Shown here piece by piece: positions 10,039 to 20,754 of a stretch of DNA of 64,000 bases. Position 1 is the first letter of the stretch; every line of letters begins with the position of its first letter. The stretch covers positions 2,498,210 through 2,562,209 of the forward strand of contig OY760934.1 of NCBI GenBank assembly GCA_963664245.1, given 5' to 3'. The notes beneath the pieces were generated by a model. It was given only the letters and a program-made list of their open reading frames with translations, was not told where the DNA came from and searched no databases. A program made the position numbers and the translations under genes. Source of the stretch: Bacteroidales bacterium (GTDB taxonomy: Bacteria > Bacteroidota > Bacteroidia > Bacteroidales > GCA-2711565).

Positions 10039-10605
10039 TTGTTTAAATATTTTGTACCTGGTTATATAATCTCGTTTAAAGTGCATAATCGACATAAATA
10101 TGAGTTTAAGGAACTCTTCATGCAATATTATGAAGAGCTTGTGATTTATGCAGAAAACCACTTTTTTAACCGCAGCCAAAGCGAAGATCTGGTACAGGAA
10201 ATGTTCATCTATTTGTGGGAAAATGCTGAAAAAATAAACATCAAAATTTCTACCAAATCTTATTTATATAAGATGGTTCGTAATCGCTGCATCAATTATT
10301 TGAAAGCCCAAAAAATCACAGACCGAGATAAAGTCCTTGAGTTAATGGCTGCTATTGATGACCCTTATTATAACGATGAAGTGGATGAGGAGAAGGTGAA
10401 AAAGTACAGCAGTATCATGCATATTGTAGAGAACCAAATGCCGGGACAAATGAAAGAGATTTTTAAACTTAAATACCTTGATGAATATTCCTATGCCCAA
10501 ATTACAGAGAAACTAAAAATATCTCTCAATACGGTTAAAACACAACTGCAACGTGCAAAGAAAAAAATTGCAGAAGGAATTAGAATCTTATTTTTCCAAT
10601 TATAG
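10039..10605 (+). CDS. ECF RNA polymerase sigma factor (Bacteroidota sigma-70 type); true start may be downstream (e.g. GTG 10081)
   Basis: SEDLVQEMFIYLW, SYLYKMVRNRCINYLK, SYAQITEKLKISLNTVKTQLQRA. Confidence 0.92.
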   Translation: MFKYFVPGYIISFKVHNRHKYEFKELFMQYYEELVIYAENHFFNRSQSEDLVQEMFIYLWENAEKINIKISTKSYLYKMVRNRCINYLKAQKITDRDKVLELMAAIDDPYYNDEVDEEKVKKYSSIMHIVENQMPGQMKEIFKLKYLDEYSYAQITEKLKISLNTVKTQLQRAKKKIAEGIRILFFQL

Positions 10606-10693
10606 CTATTTCCCCATTCATTGGTCAATATCTGATAAATTTTTGTCATTCTCTTTTTAAAAATATAACATTTTCAGTTTTTTTTAACCGGTT

Positions 10694-10723
10694 TGTCACC
10701 TTTTTGAAAAAGAAATCTTGTCT
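10694..10723 (+). promoter_or_regulatory. Putative ECF-dependent promoter of fecR
   Basis: TGTCACC-TTTTT...TTGTCT directly upstream of fecR, resembling motifs seen before fecR in Bacteroidota ECF loci. Inference only. Confidence 0.4.
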
Positions 10724-10748
10724 TAGGCACAAACCATAAAACCAAATT

Positions 10749-11894
10749 ATGGAATTTAAACTCATCATTAAGAAAATCAGTGATACGCTCACGGAAGAAG
10801 AAAAAACAATCTTCAACCAATGGTATAACGAATCAGAAGTCCATAAAGCGTACTTCAAACAAGTAAAAAAACAACTTCTAGCAAAAAAAGAAGTTGTTGA
10901 CATTGAAGCGGGCTGGAAAAGTTTTGAAACTCGCATGCACATTGTTCCTAAAGTTAGGTTCTTCTCGAATTATCGTAAAATAGCCGTAGCTGCTTCTATT
11001 GCTTTATTGTTGGGACTTACAGCTGTATTTTTACTGAAAGATAAAAAGGCAATTGTTGAAAAACCTTCGGCATTTGAAATAGGAACAGATAAAGCGGTGT
11101 TAACCCTTGAGGACGGTTCTATGGTAGAATTAGGAATTGGAAAACGATTTGAAACTTCCAAAATACAAAGTATAGGTGAAGAAATTGTTTACCAGGTAGA
11201 TAAAAATAATGAAGTTAAAGAAAAAGAAATTGCCTATAATATTTTATCTGTACCCCGGGGAGGACAATTTTTTATAAAACTCTCTGATGGAACCAAGGTA
11301 TGGCTCAATTCGGATTCCCGTTTAAAATACCCCGTTGAATTCACCGGTGATATTCGTGAGGTTGAGCTGGAATACGGGGAAGCTTATTTTGAAGTAACCC
11401 CAAGCACAAAAAACCAAGGCAAACATTTTATTGTCCAATCGCGCAAGCAAAAAATTGAGGTACTAGGAACCCAATTTAACCTTAAATCCTACAAAGAAGA
11501 AAATACCATTACCACTACCCTTGTTGAAGGTAAGGTTTTGATTACTAACACTCAAAATGGGAAACAGGCAGAACTTCCTGTATTGAACCAATTGCAATTT
11601 AATTTACAACAAAATGAATTTACAATTAGTCCGGTTGCCAGCCTTGCCAATGAAATTTCCTGGAAAGAAGGGTTCTTTAAATTCAACGATAAATCGCTTA
11701 AAGATATTATGACTGTTTTATCCCGCTGGTACAATACCGAAATACTGTTTGAAGATCCCGGCTTGCAGAATGCTTTATTCAATGGGGTATTCAGCCGTAA
11801 CCAATCCATTGAAGCCATCCTAAACATCATACAACAAACAGGAGAAGCAAATTACCGGATTGAAGAGGGGAAGATTGTGATAACGAAAAACTAG
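10749..11894 (+). CDS. FecR-family anti-sigma factor
   Basis: Single TM helix; LSDGTKVWLNSDSRLKYP, GEAYFEV, IEVLGTQFN, TTLVEGKV; C-terminal DUF4974-like LSRWYN. Confidence 0.95.
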   Translation: MEFKLIIKKISDTLTEEEKTIFNQWYNESEVHKAYFKQVKKQLLAKKEVVDIEAGWKSFETRMHIVPKVRFFSNYRKIAVAASIALLLGLTAVFLLKDKKAIVEKPSAFEIGTDKAVLTLEDGSMVELGIGKRFETSKIQSIGEEIVYQVDKNNEVKEKEIAYNILSVPRGGQFFIKLSDGTKVWLNSDSRLKYPVEFTGDIREVELEYGEAYFEVTPSTKNQGKHFIVQSRKQKIEVLGTQFNLKSYKEENTITTTLVEGKVLITNTQNGKQAELPVLNQLQFNLQQNEFTISPVASLANEISWKEGFFKFNDKSLKDIMTVLSRWYNTEILFEDPGLQNALFNGVFSRNQSIEAILNIIQQTGEANYRIEEGKIVITKN

Positions 11895-12127
11895 AAGTTA
11901 CTAGTTAGTTAAGATATAACTTAAAAATATGTATATAATGGATAAAATATTAAAGTCGTCATTCCTGGTCATTAATTGTCATTAAGTTATCTTTTGTCAA
12001 AGACGATGAATGACTATAAATGACGCAAAGCAAATGACTATTGGAACAACAATTAAATAAAAAATATTGACAAAAATCAGAAAATAACCATGCTAAGGCA
12101 AGTAACAAGTAAGATAATAAGATAAAC

Positions 12128-12171
12128 AAAGGAACGAGACTAAACTCTGACATTCATGTTCTCGCTCCCTT
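12128..12171 (+). promoter_or_regulatory. Leader hairpin upstream of susC
   Basis: Imperfect inverted repeat AAAGGAACGAGA...TCTCGCTCCCTT, 35 nt before the susC start. Confidence 0.35.
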
Positions 12172-12206
12172 GCAGTTAATTATAGTAATAATCTAAACAC
12201 AAATTT

Positions 12207-15200
12207 ATGGAAATTAAGTTAACCAGACTTTCTTTTTACGAAAAGATTTGTAAAAAAGAAAAACACTTTAAAAAACGCGTAAAACGTTTTGTGTTATTAT
12301 TGGGAATAATCTTAATCGGATTAATGCCACAAAACAGCTTTGCTCAAAGCGAAAAAATCACCATCAAAAAAGAGGCAATGGTTTCTCTTACAGAAGTATT
12401 CGATTTGATTAAAGAGCAAACCAACTACACTTTTATACACAAATCGAATCTTTTTGATGGGATTCCTCCCGTACAAATTAAAAAAGGAGTGATAACCGTT
12501 AAACAATTGCTCGAAGAAAGCCTTGCAGGCACAAACTTTACTTATAAGCTAAGCAAAGGCAACTCAATTATTATTAAAATCAGGCAGCCTGTTCCCGATA
12601 TTCCCCTGATTAAAGTCGAAGGACGTGTTACCGATAAAGATAACAAGCCTTTACCCGGTGCTACCGTTTTAATTAAAGGAAGATTTAAAGGTACGACTAC
12701 CGATGCCAATGGAAATTATGCCATCAAAATTCCCGAAGGTTCTGTTTTGGTTTTCAGTTTCGTGGGGTTTCACAAACAAGAGATTTCTGTTTCTCCTGAA
12801 AATACAGAAATCAACGTAGTGATGGAACAAAAAGCTGCAGAGTTGGGAGAATTTACCGTAATCAGTACAGGTTACCAACTCATTAAACCCGAACAAAGCA
12901 CCGGAAGTATTACCACGATGCGGACAAAAGAATATAACAGCCGTATCAATACCACTGATTTTTTGACTGGTCTTGAGAACAGGATCCCCGGCCTGCTCAT
13001 TAACAATGATGTTGAGTTTGACGGGAACAGCCTTTTCCAGATTCGGGGTATTTCAACCATTAAGGGAAATAGGGAGCCGCTGATCGTAATGGATGGTTAT
13101 CCTACAGAACTTTCGATAGATGCAATCAACCCTAATGAAATCGAATCGGTAACCGTATTAAAAGATGCGGCAGCGGCAACAATTTATGGAGTCCGTGCTT
13201 CTAACGGGGTGATTGTTATTGAACGTAAAAAAGCCAAAGCCGGCAAACCCCTTGTTAATTTCCGGGCCACGGCAGGCTTTACCCCTAAAGAAAACTATGA
13301 CCGCTATCGCTGGGATAAAGATGCTTCCAATATAGTTATTGAATATGACCGGATTTATTATAAGGATTATTTTACTCCTTCTACATGGGATGATATAATA
13401 AGCCCCGATATGGGTATGTATAATACTTATTATACCCCACCAGCTCTTATAAGGGCACAGGAGGTTGCCGGTGTAATTGATTCAGTACAGGCTGAACAAC
13501 AATTCAAAAAATTAGGATCTTACAACAATACCAATGATTATGGCCGTTTGTTTTTACGCACGGCGGTTACACAAACTTACAATCTGGATATTTCTGGGGG
13601 TAACGAAAATCTGCTTTATTATCTCACGGCCAATTATACCGCCCGTGATTTATCAGAAATCAAAAACGACAATAGTAGTTTCCAGCTTTCCGGGCGTGCT
13701 ACAATGAAATTTTCCGATCGGTTTTCATTGGATTTGACCACTGATTTCCAGGAATCAAAATCAAATTTAGCCCCTATTCCTGATATTAACAGCATCTATC
13801 CTTACGACCGTTTTGAGGATGAGGACGGGAATCCGCTTCCTGTATATACGGGAAAAAGTGCGAACCCTTATTATAACGAACATTTGATATCCCTAGGATT
13901 ATTGGATGATATGTATTACCCATTGATCGATATAGAAGAGATCAAAACGAAGACCCGTACTGTCAATAACCGCATTACCGCTAACTTTCGTTATAAGATA
14001 GGAAATGGTTTTAACTTTAATTTTGGAGGTGTGTATGAGCTTTCTCGTTCGGATATAAAATATCTTGCCAGTGAGAATTCATCGGAAGTTCACCAGTATA
14101 TTAATTATTTTACCGAAGATGACGGAAACGGCGGGTTTATTTTTAATATTCCTAAAGGTGACTTTTTGAAGCAAAGCAATGCCAGTTCGGAAAGTTATAC
14201 CCTGCGTGCCCAGTTGAACTATGATAAAAAAATCAATAAAGATCATTCACTCAATTTGATATTGGGTAGCGAGATAAGGGATGTGCTTGACAAGTCAAAC
14301 ACGGCCTCTTATTTTGGTTATAGTGACCAAACCCTAATACACCAGGCTGTTGATTATTATACGTTATTGGAAGAAGGTTACTTTTATTCAAGCCATGGAG
14401 CAAATACTTCATTATCATACGACAATTTATTCGATCAGGGTGAAACCGAAAACCGCTATTTTTCCATTTATTCCAACCTAGTGTATACTTATAAGGGGAA
14501 ATATTCCTTCACGGGAAGTATGCGTATTGACCAGTCCAATTTGTTCGGGACTGATCCAAAATACAAATACAAACCCTTATGGTCCATAGGGGCTGCCTGG
14601 AACATCCACAAAGAAAAATTTATGCAGGATGTGGACTGGCTTAAATCCTTAAAACTCCGGGCTGCCTACGGTTTTAATGGGAACGTGGCCAAGGACGTCC
14701 TACCTCAGGTAATTGCCAGAGCCGGTTTAAATAATTATGATTCAAAATCAATTATTTCTCAGCTTAGTCTTAATTCCTATGCTAACAGTGGGCTACGCTG
14801 GGAGCAAACCCGTAATTTAAATATTGGTTTGGATTATAGTATCTTTAAAAGTATTAGCGGAAGTATTGATTATTATACCAAGAAAAGCACGGATTTGCTG
14901 GCAACGAACCAGATCGATGCTTCAAAGGGAGGATCTGCTGCATTAATAAACCAAGCATCTGTCCGTAATAGAGGATTGGAGGTTAGTCTGCATGCCGACT
15001 GGATCACCCGCAAAAATTTTAATTGGAACACTGGTCTTGTATTTTCACATAATAGCAGTAAAGTATTAAAGGTATATAACGAACTAACCCAGAATAGTTC
15101 ATCCGGTTGTTACGTAAATAGTGGTTATTCTAATTATTTAGAAGGATATGCTATGGGGGCTATGTTTAACTATCGTTATGCAGGTATAGACTCTGAGGGA

Positions 15201-15755
15201 GGAATTTTAGTTTACGATGAAAATGGTGAGGCCAAAGAATTTTCTTATGAATTTACTAAAAGTTATCTTGATTATTCAGGTTGCTCTATTCCTTCCTTTA
15301 ACTTAGGTTTAAGCAACCGGGTTGATATCGGGAATTTTTATGTGTATTGCATGCTCAACTTTTATGGCGGCTTTAAAGTAAGGGTTCCTGTGTCTTATGC
15401 AGGAGATGTACGTCCATTGGAAGGAGCCGGTAATTGCTGGAGAGAGGCTGGTGATGAGGCTGATCCGGATATATTGCCAACGCCGGCATATGAGTATTAT
15501 TCCAACTTAGGCTACACTGATAAATACACGGTCAATGGTGCTTATTTAACTTTGGGAGACCTTACAGCTGCTTATAGTTTTAGAGACAGTAAGTGGCTGA
15601 AAAAAGCAGGAATCACTAATTTCGAAGTGAGGATGCAGGCCTCGAACCTGTTTACGGTAGGGTTCAATGAATACAATTACAGTGTAGCTACCGGCAGTTA
15701 TGCCAAATCATACCTGACCCCTACTTATACTGTCGGTTTGTATGTTAATTTTTAA
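12207..15755 (+). CDS. SusC/RagA TonB-dependent transporter with N-terminal signalling (STN-like) extension
   Basis: PLPGATVLIKG...TTTDANGNY, INPNEIESVTVLKDAAAATIYGVRASNGVIVI, LRWEQT, C-terminal F. Confidence 0.95.
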   Translation: MEIKLTRLSFYEKICKKEKHFKKRVKRFVLLLGIILIGLMPQNSFAQSEKITIKKEAMVSLTEVFDLIKEQTNYTFIHKSNLFDGIPPVQIKKGVITVKQLLEESLAGTNFTYKLSKGNSIIIKIRQPVPDIPLIKVEGRVTDKDNKPLPGATVLIKGRFKGTTTDANGNYAIKIPEGSVLVFSFVGFHKQEISVSPENTEINVVMEQKAAELGEFTVISTGYQLIKPEQSTGSITTMRTKEYNSRINTTDFLTGLENRIPGLLINNDVEFDGNSLFQIRGISTIKGNREPLIVMDGYPTELSIDAINPNEIESVTVLKDAAAATIYGVRASNGVIVIERKKAKAGKPLVNFRATAGFTPKENYDRYRWDKDASNIVIEYDRIYYKDYFTPSTWDDIISPDMGMYNTYYTPPALIRAQEVAGVIDSVQAEQQFKKLGSYNNTNDYGRLFLRTAVTQTYNLDISGGNENLLYYLTANYTARDLSEIKNDNSSFQLSGRATMKFSDRFSLDLTTDFQESKSNLAPIPDINSIYPYDRFEDEDGNPLPVYTGKSANPYYNEHLISLGLLDDMYYPLIDIEEIKTKTRTVNNRITANFRYKIGNGFNFNFGGVYELSRSDIKYLASENSSEVHQYINYFTEDDGNGGFIFNIPKGDFLKQSNASSESYTLRAQLNYDKKINKDHSLNLILGSEIRDVLDKSNTASYFGYSDQTLIHQAVDYYTLLEEGYFYSSHGANTSLSYDNLFDQGETENRYFSIYSNLVYTYKGKYSFTGSMRIDQSNLFGTDPKYKYKPLWSIGAAWNIHKEKFMQDVDWLKSLKLRAAYGFNGNVAKDVLPQVIARAGLNNYDSKSIISQLSLNSYANSGLRWEQTRNLNIGLDYSIFKSISGSIDYYTKKSTDLLATNQIDASKGGSAALINQASVRNRGLEVSLHADWITRKNFNWNTGLVFSHNSSKVLKVYNELTQNSSSGCYVNSGYSNYLEGYAMGAMFNYRYAGIDSEGGILVYDENGEAKEFSYEFTKSYLDYSGCSIPSFNLGLSNRVDIGNFYVYCMLNFYGGFKVRVPVSYAGDVRPLEGAGNCWREAGDEADPDILPTPAYEYYSNLGYTDKYTVNGAYLTLGDLTAAYSFRDSKWLKKAGITNFEVRMQASNLFTVGFNEYNYSVATGSYAKSYLTPTYTVGLYVNF

Positions 15756-15760
15756 CCTTT

Positions 15761-17221
15761 ATGAATCTGATAAAATTAAAGACAATGAAAAATATAATAA
15801 AAAGAACAATATATCAATGCTTTGTACCTGCTTTGCTTTTTATGCTGGTATTGGTTTCTTGTGACAACTACCTTGATATAGAACCCAAGGGGGTACAATT
15901 GTTAACAAAGACAGAAGATTATGACCAATGGCTGAACAGTACTGAGATTCAATATTCCCTTCCAATTGAGCTAAATTATCTGGTAGATAATGTTGATAAT
16001 CTCTATATTTCAAATCCACCAGAATCTACTACAGAACGGATATATACCTGGCAGGAACAATTTTCAGAGGAGTTAACGGCTTTTCCTGTAATATGGGTTC
16101 GTCATTACAATTCAATCTATCACTTTAATACTGTGCTACAGGGGATAGATGATGCAACAGGTACGGAAGATGAAAAAAACAGCCTGAGAGCAGAAGCTTT
16201 GCTTGGCAGGGCCTTTGATTATCTTTACCTGGTCAACTTGTATGGAAAGGTGTATGATGCGAATACGGCAAATGAAGACCTAGCTGTCCCTTTTGTAACC
16301 TCTAATGATTTAAATGATCCTACCCCTAATCGCAGTACGGTACAGGATATTTATGATCATATTGTCGAGGATATTACTACGGCTATTTCTGATTTGCCAG
16401 AGGATAACAGCGAGAACCGTTTTCGCGGCACTGTGGCTGGAGCATATAGCGTGCTGGCAAGGGCCTACCTGTATATGGGCGATTATGCAAAAGCTGCCCA
16501 GAATGCCCAACTGGCATTGGATAATGGTCCCAATGAGGTACTCGATTATTCTACTATGGCTAATTCAAGGGATATAACTAATTTAAAGAGAAGGACCGAC
16601 ATTATTTATGCACGCTTTAGCGTATCTCTTAGCAATAGATACACTCCTACACTTGCTTTTCTTCAATCTTTTGATACAAAAGATGTGCGTTTACAATTCT
16701 ATTATCGCGGTTTGGGGGACTATAGTTTTACAACAAGAGGGCAAATTCAATACTGGACAACTGGTGTGTCATTTGGTAAAGCTCATGTCAATTGGGGTAC
16801 TTCTGTGGCAGAGATGCGCTTGATCCTTGCCGAAGCAGCTGCCCGTTCAAATGACTTGGAAACGGCTTGTGATGAGTTGGATTCGTTGCGTAAAAAACGT
16901 TTCCCAAAATTTGTAATAGATAATACGGTAACACCACCGGATACTACTTTCAGGTATCAAAAGTTCGAATCAACCAACCAGGAAGAAGTATTGCAAAAAG
17001 TATTGGACGAAAGGACTTTTGAATTTCCTTATAATGGAATGCGCTGGTTTGATATGCGTCGATTGGATGCTGAAGACCGTATGTCGGCTGTGAATAGGCT
17101 GGATGCTTCTGGAAATGTGATATTCACATTATCTCCGGGCAGCAATAAATATACCCTCCAAATCCCTAAACAGGTATTGTATTTCAATCCTGATTGGGAA
17201 CAAAACCCAACGGACAAGTAA
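15761..17221 (+). CDS. SusD/RagB lipoprotein
   Basis: Lipobox LVSC-DNYLDIEPKG; AEALLGRAFDY; ERTFEFPYNGMRWFDMRR; C-terminal QNP. Confidence 0.95.
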   Translation: MNLIKLKTMKNIIKRTIYQCFVPALLFMLVLVSCDNYLDIEPKGVQLLTKTEDYDQWLNSTEIQYSLPIELNYLVDNVDNLYISNPPESTTERIYTWQEQFSEELTAFPVIWVRHYNSIYHFNTVLQGIDDATGTEDEKNSLRAEALLGRAFDYLYLVNLYGKVYDANTANEDLAVPFVTSNDLNDPTPNRSTVQDIYDHIVEDITTAISDLPEDNSENRFRGTVAGAYSVLARAYLYMGDYAKAAQNAQLALDNGPNEVLDYSTMANSRDITNLKRRTDIIYARFSVSLSNRYTPTLAFLQSFDTKDVRLQFYYRGLGDYSFTTRGQIQYWTTGVSFGKAHVNWGTSVAEMRLILAEAAARSNDLETACDELDSLRKKRFPKFVIDNTVTPPDTTFRYQKFESTNQEEVLQKVLDERTFEFPYNGMRWFDMRRLDAEDRMSAVNRLDASGNVIFTLSPGSNKYTLQIPKQVLYFNPDWEQNPTDK

Positions 17222-17240
17222 TTTGAAAATTGGTTAATAT

Positions 17241-17276
17241 GTTTTATAAGGCTGTCTTAAGACAGCCTTATAAAAC
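17241..17276. terminator. Perfect 36-bp palindrome after susD
   Basis: GTTTTATAAGGCTGTCTT|AAGACAGCCTTATAAAAC. Confidence 0.7.
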
Positions 17277-17407
17277 AAAAAAATAATGAAACAATTGGTG
17301 TTATAGTTCTTTAACATCAGGAGTTTATACCAAAAACATCTTTTACCCTGTCACCAAAAGGAGTAAGCAACAGAAATTTTAACAAGATTAAAAGAAGGAA
17401 TACTATT

Positions 17408-18328
17408 ATGAAAGAAACATTAGTAAGCGTGGAAAACCTGTCGCACCGTTACAGTGTCCAGTGGGCGGTAAAGGATGTGAGCTTTGAAATACCCGGTAAG
17501 GGTATCTATGGATTGCTGGGCTCCAACGGGGCTGGTAAGTCCACCACCATGAACATCATGAGCGGGGTTTTAAAACAAACCCACGGCAATATATTTATTA
17601 AAGGGATCAACTTATCAAAGAACCCTATTGAAGCCAAAAAGCAGATCGGGTTCTTGCCCCAAAAACCACCCTTATATACAGATACAACGGTAGAGGAATA
17701 TTTAACCAATTGTGCGTATTTGCGGATGATCCCTGAAAAAGAAATTAAAAAAGCAGTGGAGGAAGTGATGGAAAAATGTGCCATTATGCATTTTAAAAAA
17801 AGGCTGATCCGTAACTTATCGGGAGGTTACCAGCAACGGGTAGGGATCGCCCAGGCCATCATACACAAGCCGGCCTTTATTATTTTGGATGAGCCCACCA
17901 ACGGCTTGGATCCGAACCAAATTGTTGAGGTACGTAAACTGATCAAAGAAATCGCCGAAGACCGGGCGGTATTATTGTCCACCCATATCCTTACGGAGGT
18001 TCATGCTATCTGTGATTTTATTCTAATGATTGAACATGGCAAACTGGTTTTTTCCGGTAAAACCGAAGAATTTGACAATTATTTAACGCCCAATACCATT
18101 TTTGTCCGTTTGTTGGAGATGCCCCAGGTGGACGACTTGATGAAGATAGAAGGGATAGAGAACGTAGAAGAATTGGGAGGCCCAGATTACCGCTTAAAAT
18201 TTACAGATATGGGTGGGACCACCGAGCGTATCGTCCAGGAGAGTGTAAAACATAACTGGCGATTGGATGAAATCAGGGCTGAGAAGAACTCATTGAACGA
18301 TGTATTCTCGGCATTGTCGAAAAATTAA
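17408..18328 (+). CDS. ABC transporter ATP-binding protein (GldA-like)
   Basis: Walker A GSNGAGKST, signature LSGGYQQR, Walker B ILDEPTNGLDP, H-loop LSTH. Confidence 0.93.
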   Translation: MKETLVSVENLSHRYSVQWAVKDVSFEIPGKGIYGLLGSNGAGKSTTMNIMSGVLKQTHGNIFIKGINLSKNPIEAKKQIGFLPQKPPLYTDTTVEEYLTNCAYLRMIPEKEIKKAVEEVMEKCAIMHFKKRLIRNLSGGYQQRVGIAQAIIHKPAFIILDEPTNGLDPNQIVEVRKLIKEIAEDRAVLLSTHILTEVHAICDFILMIEHGKLVFSGKTEEFDNYLTPNTIFVRLLEMPQVDDLMKIEGIENVEELGGPDYRLKFTDMGGTTERIVQESVKHNWRLDEIRAEKNSLNDVFSALSKN

Positions 18329-18342
18329 AAAAGATTGATAGT

Positions 18343-20676
18343 ATGAAAATAATATTTAAAATAGCACGGATGGAACTCCAAAAGATGTTCTATTCCCCCA
18401 TTGCATGGTTGATCCTTATTGTATTTGCAGTTCAGTCAGGCATTATTTTTATGAGCTTTATAAAAGGATTTGTGACCCAGGCGGAATTAGGTAATAACAT
18501 CAATGCAATAACAAGCAGAATGTTTGCCGGCTCTTATGGTTTTTTTGCCCAGATACAAACAAATATCTATTTATATCTCCCCTTGCTTACCATGGGATTG
18601 TTGAGCCGTGAATTTAGTTCGGGTTCCATAAAGCTACTCTATTCTTCCCCTGTTTCCAATAAACAAATTGTATTTGGGAAGTTTCTTTCCATGATGGTGT
18701 TTGGATTTGTCATGATATTGATACTTTTATTACAATCCCTTTATTGTTTTTATGCGATAAAAGAATATGATTTTTCATTGGTTGTAACGGGTTTATTAGG
18801 GCTTTACCTGTTAATATGTACCTATTCGTCCATTGGACTGTTTATGTCTTCATTGACCTCTTATCAGGTGGTGGCAGCCATGGGATCCTTTGCGGCTTTT
18901 TTTGTTTTGGAAAAAACGGATAGTATGTGGCAGGGGGTAGAGCTGGTACGTGATATTACCTATTGGTTGTCCATTAGAGGCAGATCTGATACTTTTATTA
19001 ACGGATTAATATGTAGTGAAGATGTACTGTATTTTATTCTGGTATCGGGACTGTTCATTGCCTTTACCATTTTTCGTTTAAAGGGCATTCGTGAGAAAAG
19101 TCCTAGGTATATTTCTTTTACAAGGTATGCCGGTGCTTTTGTGATTGTTGCCATGATTGGTTATGTGAGTACCATCCCCTCCTTAATGAAATACCACGAT
19201 TCAACACGTAATAAGGATAATACTTTAACCCCAAACAGCCAGAAGGTTATTTCTAAGCTTAAAGGGAAAGTGAAAATTACGACTTATGTGAACATTTTCG
19301 GTGATAATGTATGGGACGGTCTGCCACAATATATTAATCGTGATCTGGATCGATATGAGCAATACCGGAGATTTAAGCCCGATATTAAAATGAAGTATAA
19401 GTATTATTATGACCTGCCTGTACAGAAGGACGTGTTAGAGAATCATAATAGGCGTTTTGCAGAGATGACTTTGGAAAAAGCATTAACGAAAGTTTGTAAA
19501 GTATATGATGTAAATGAAGACTTGTTTAAACCGGGCAAGGATTACCTGGATAAGATTGACCTTAAATCTGAATTAAACCGTTTTGTTAGAAAAATTGAAA
19601 CTGAAGATGGAAAGGTAAGCTATTTGCGTATTTATGATGATTTGATGAAATTCCCTTTTGAATCTCAAAAGACAGCTGCTTTTAAAAAATTAGTAATGGA
19701 GTTACCACTAGTAGGCTTCGTGAAAGGGCATGAAGAAAGAGAGGTAGATGATTTTGGATCCCGGGGTTATTTTGGGCTGGCCAAAGAAAAACCATTTAGA
19801 TGGTCCTTAATAAACAATGGTTTTGATTTTGCGGAATGTGAACTGTTCAACCCGGTTGATAAAAATATTGATATCTTAGTTATTGCTGAAGCAAAAACCC
19901 AATTCACTGAAGTTGAAATGAAGAACCTGAACACTTACATTGATCGTGGGGGCAATTTAATCATTGCCTGTGATGTAAAACGCCAAGAAATTATGACCCC
20001 CTTGGTAGAACGATTTGGAGTAAAATTTATGCCCGGACAGATAGTTGAGCATAATAAAGGATATACTATGGATCTGATAACTACAGAATTTACAGAGGAA
20101 GGTGAAAAACTTGCCTATCAGTTTAACGAAATTGTGCAAAGAAAGGGAGCTATTTGTATGCCGGGAGCAGTGAGTATTTCATATAAAGAAGGGAATGATT
20201 TTAAATACATCCCGGTATTGGTTTCGGATACGGTAAAAGATATTGCACAACTGGATTCTGTAGGCTCTTGGAACGAGCTACAAACAACAGATTTTGTGGA
20301 TGATGTACCAAAATATGATTCTAAAAAAGGTGAGACTTTAGGAGTTCATACCACTGCCTTAGCCTTAACCCGCAAATTCGGAGAAAAAGAACAACGGATC
20401 ATGGTTCTTGGGGACGCAGATTGTTTTAGTAATGATGAATTTTCAAGAAGCAGAAAAGGAATTAAAGCAAACAACTTTTATATGGCTACTGGTACGTTTT
20501 ACTGGTTGTCGGATGGCGAGGTTCCCATAGATGTTCGTCGTCCTGAACCTCCTGATAATAAAATTTATACCAAAGATAGTGAAATTTCTTTCTTAAATGC
20601 CTTATATAAAATAATTATCCCTGCATTACTGGGGCTGGCGTTTCTTTTGATCTGGCTGCGCCGGAAGGGCCGTTGA
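18343..20676 (+). CDS. ABC-2 permease fused to a GldG-like extracytoplasmic domain (GldF-GldG fusion)
   Basis: FYSPIAWLIL, LLTMGLLSRE...SGSIKLLYSSP...GKF permease region; GHEER, GGNL, GDAD GldG motifs; terminal TM. Confidence 0.88.
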   Translation: MKIIFKIARMELQKMFYSPIAWLILIVFAVQSGIIFMSFIKGFVTQAELGNNINAITSRMFAGSYGFFAQIQTNIYLYLPLLTMGLLSREFSSGSIKLLYSSPVSNKQIVFGKFLSMMVFGFVMILILLLQSLYCFYAIKEYDFSLVVTGLLGLYLLICTYSSIGLFMSSLTSYQVVAAMGSFAAFFVLEKTDSMWQGVELVRDITYWLSIRGRSDTFINGLICSEDVLYFILVSGLFIAFTIFRLKGIREKSPRYISFTRYAGAFVIVAMIGYVSTIPSLMKYHDSTRNKDNTLTPNSQKVISKLKGKVKITTYVNIFGDNVWDGLPQYINRDLDRYEQYRRFKPDIKMKYKYYYDLPVQKDVLENHNRRFAEMTLEKALTKVCKVYDVNEDLFKPGKDYLDKIDLKSELNRFVRKIETEDGKVSYLRIYDDLMKFPFESQKTAAFKKLVMELPLVGFVKGHEEREVDDFGSRGYFGLAKEKPFRWSLINNGFDFAECELFNPVDKNIDILVIAEAKTQFTEVEMKNLNTYIDRGGNLIIACDVKRQEIMTPLVERFGVKFMPGQIVEHNKGYTMDLITTEFTEEGEKLAYQFNEIVQRKGAICMPGAVSISYKEGNDFKYIPVLVSDTVKDIAQLDSVGSWNELQTTDFVDDVPKYDSKKGETLGVHTTALALTRKFGEKEQRIMVLGDADCFSNDEFSRSRKGIKANNFYMATGTFYWLSDGEVPIDVRRPEPPDNKIYTKDSEISFLNALYKIIIPALLGLAFLLIWLRRKGR

Positions 20677-20723
20677 TAATAGTAGTAATTTAGATGGTTG
20701 GGGAAAGAACAACCCTGGCTGTT

Positions 20724-20754
20724 CAGAGGTGTCATCCTAAGAATGACACCTCTG
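20724..20754 (+). terminator. Hairpin terminator after the ABC permease
   Basis: CAGAGGTGTCAT-7nt-ATGACACCTCTG followed by T-rich sequence. Confidence 0.65.

Noticed and set aside
17408-20676. Bona fide gliding motility genes gldA/gldF/gldG
   Set aside because: The F-G fusion and position inside a SusCD locus suggest a paralogous exporter, so no gene symbols were assigned.
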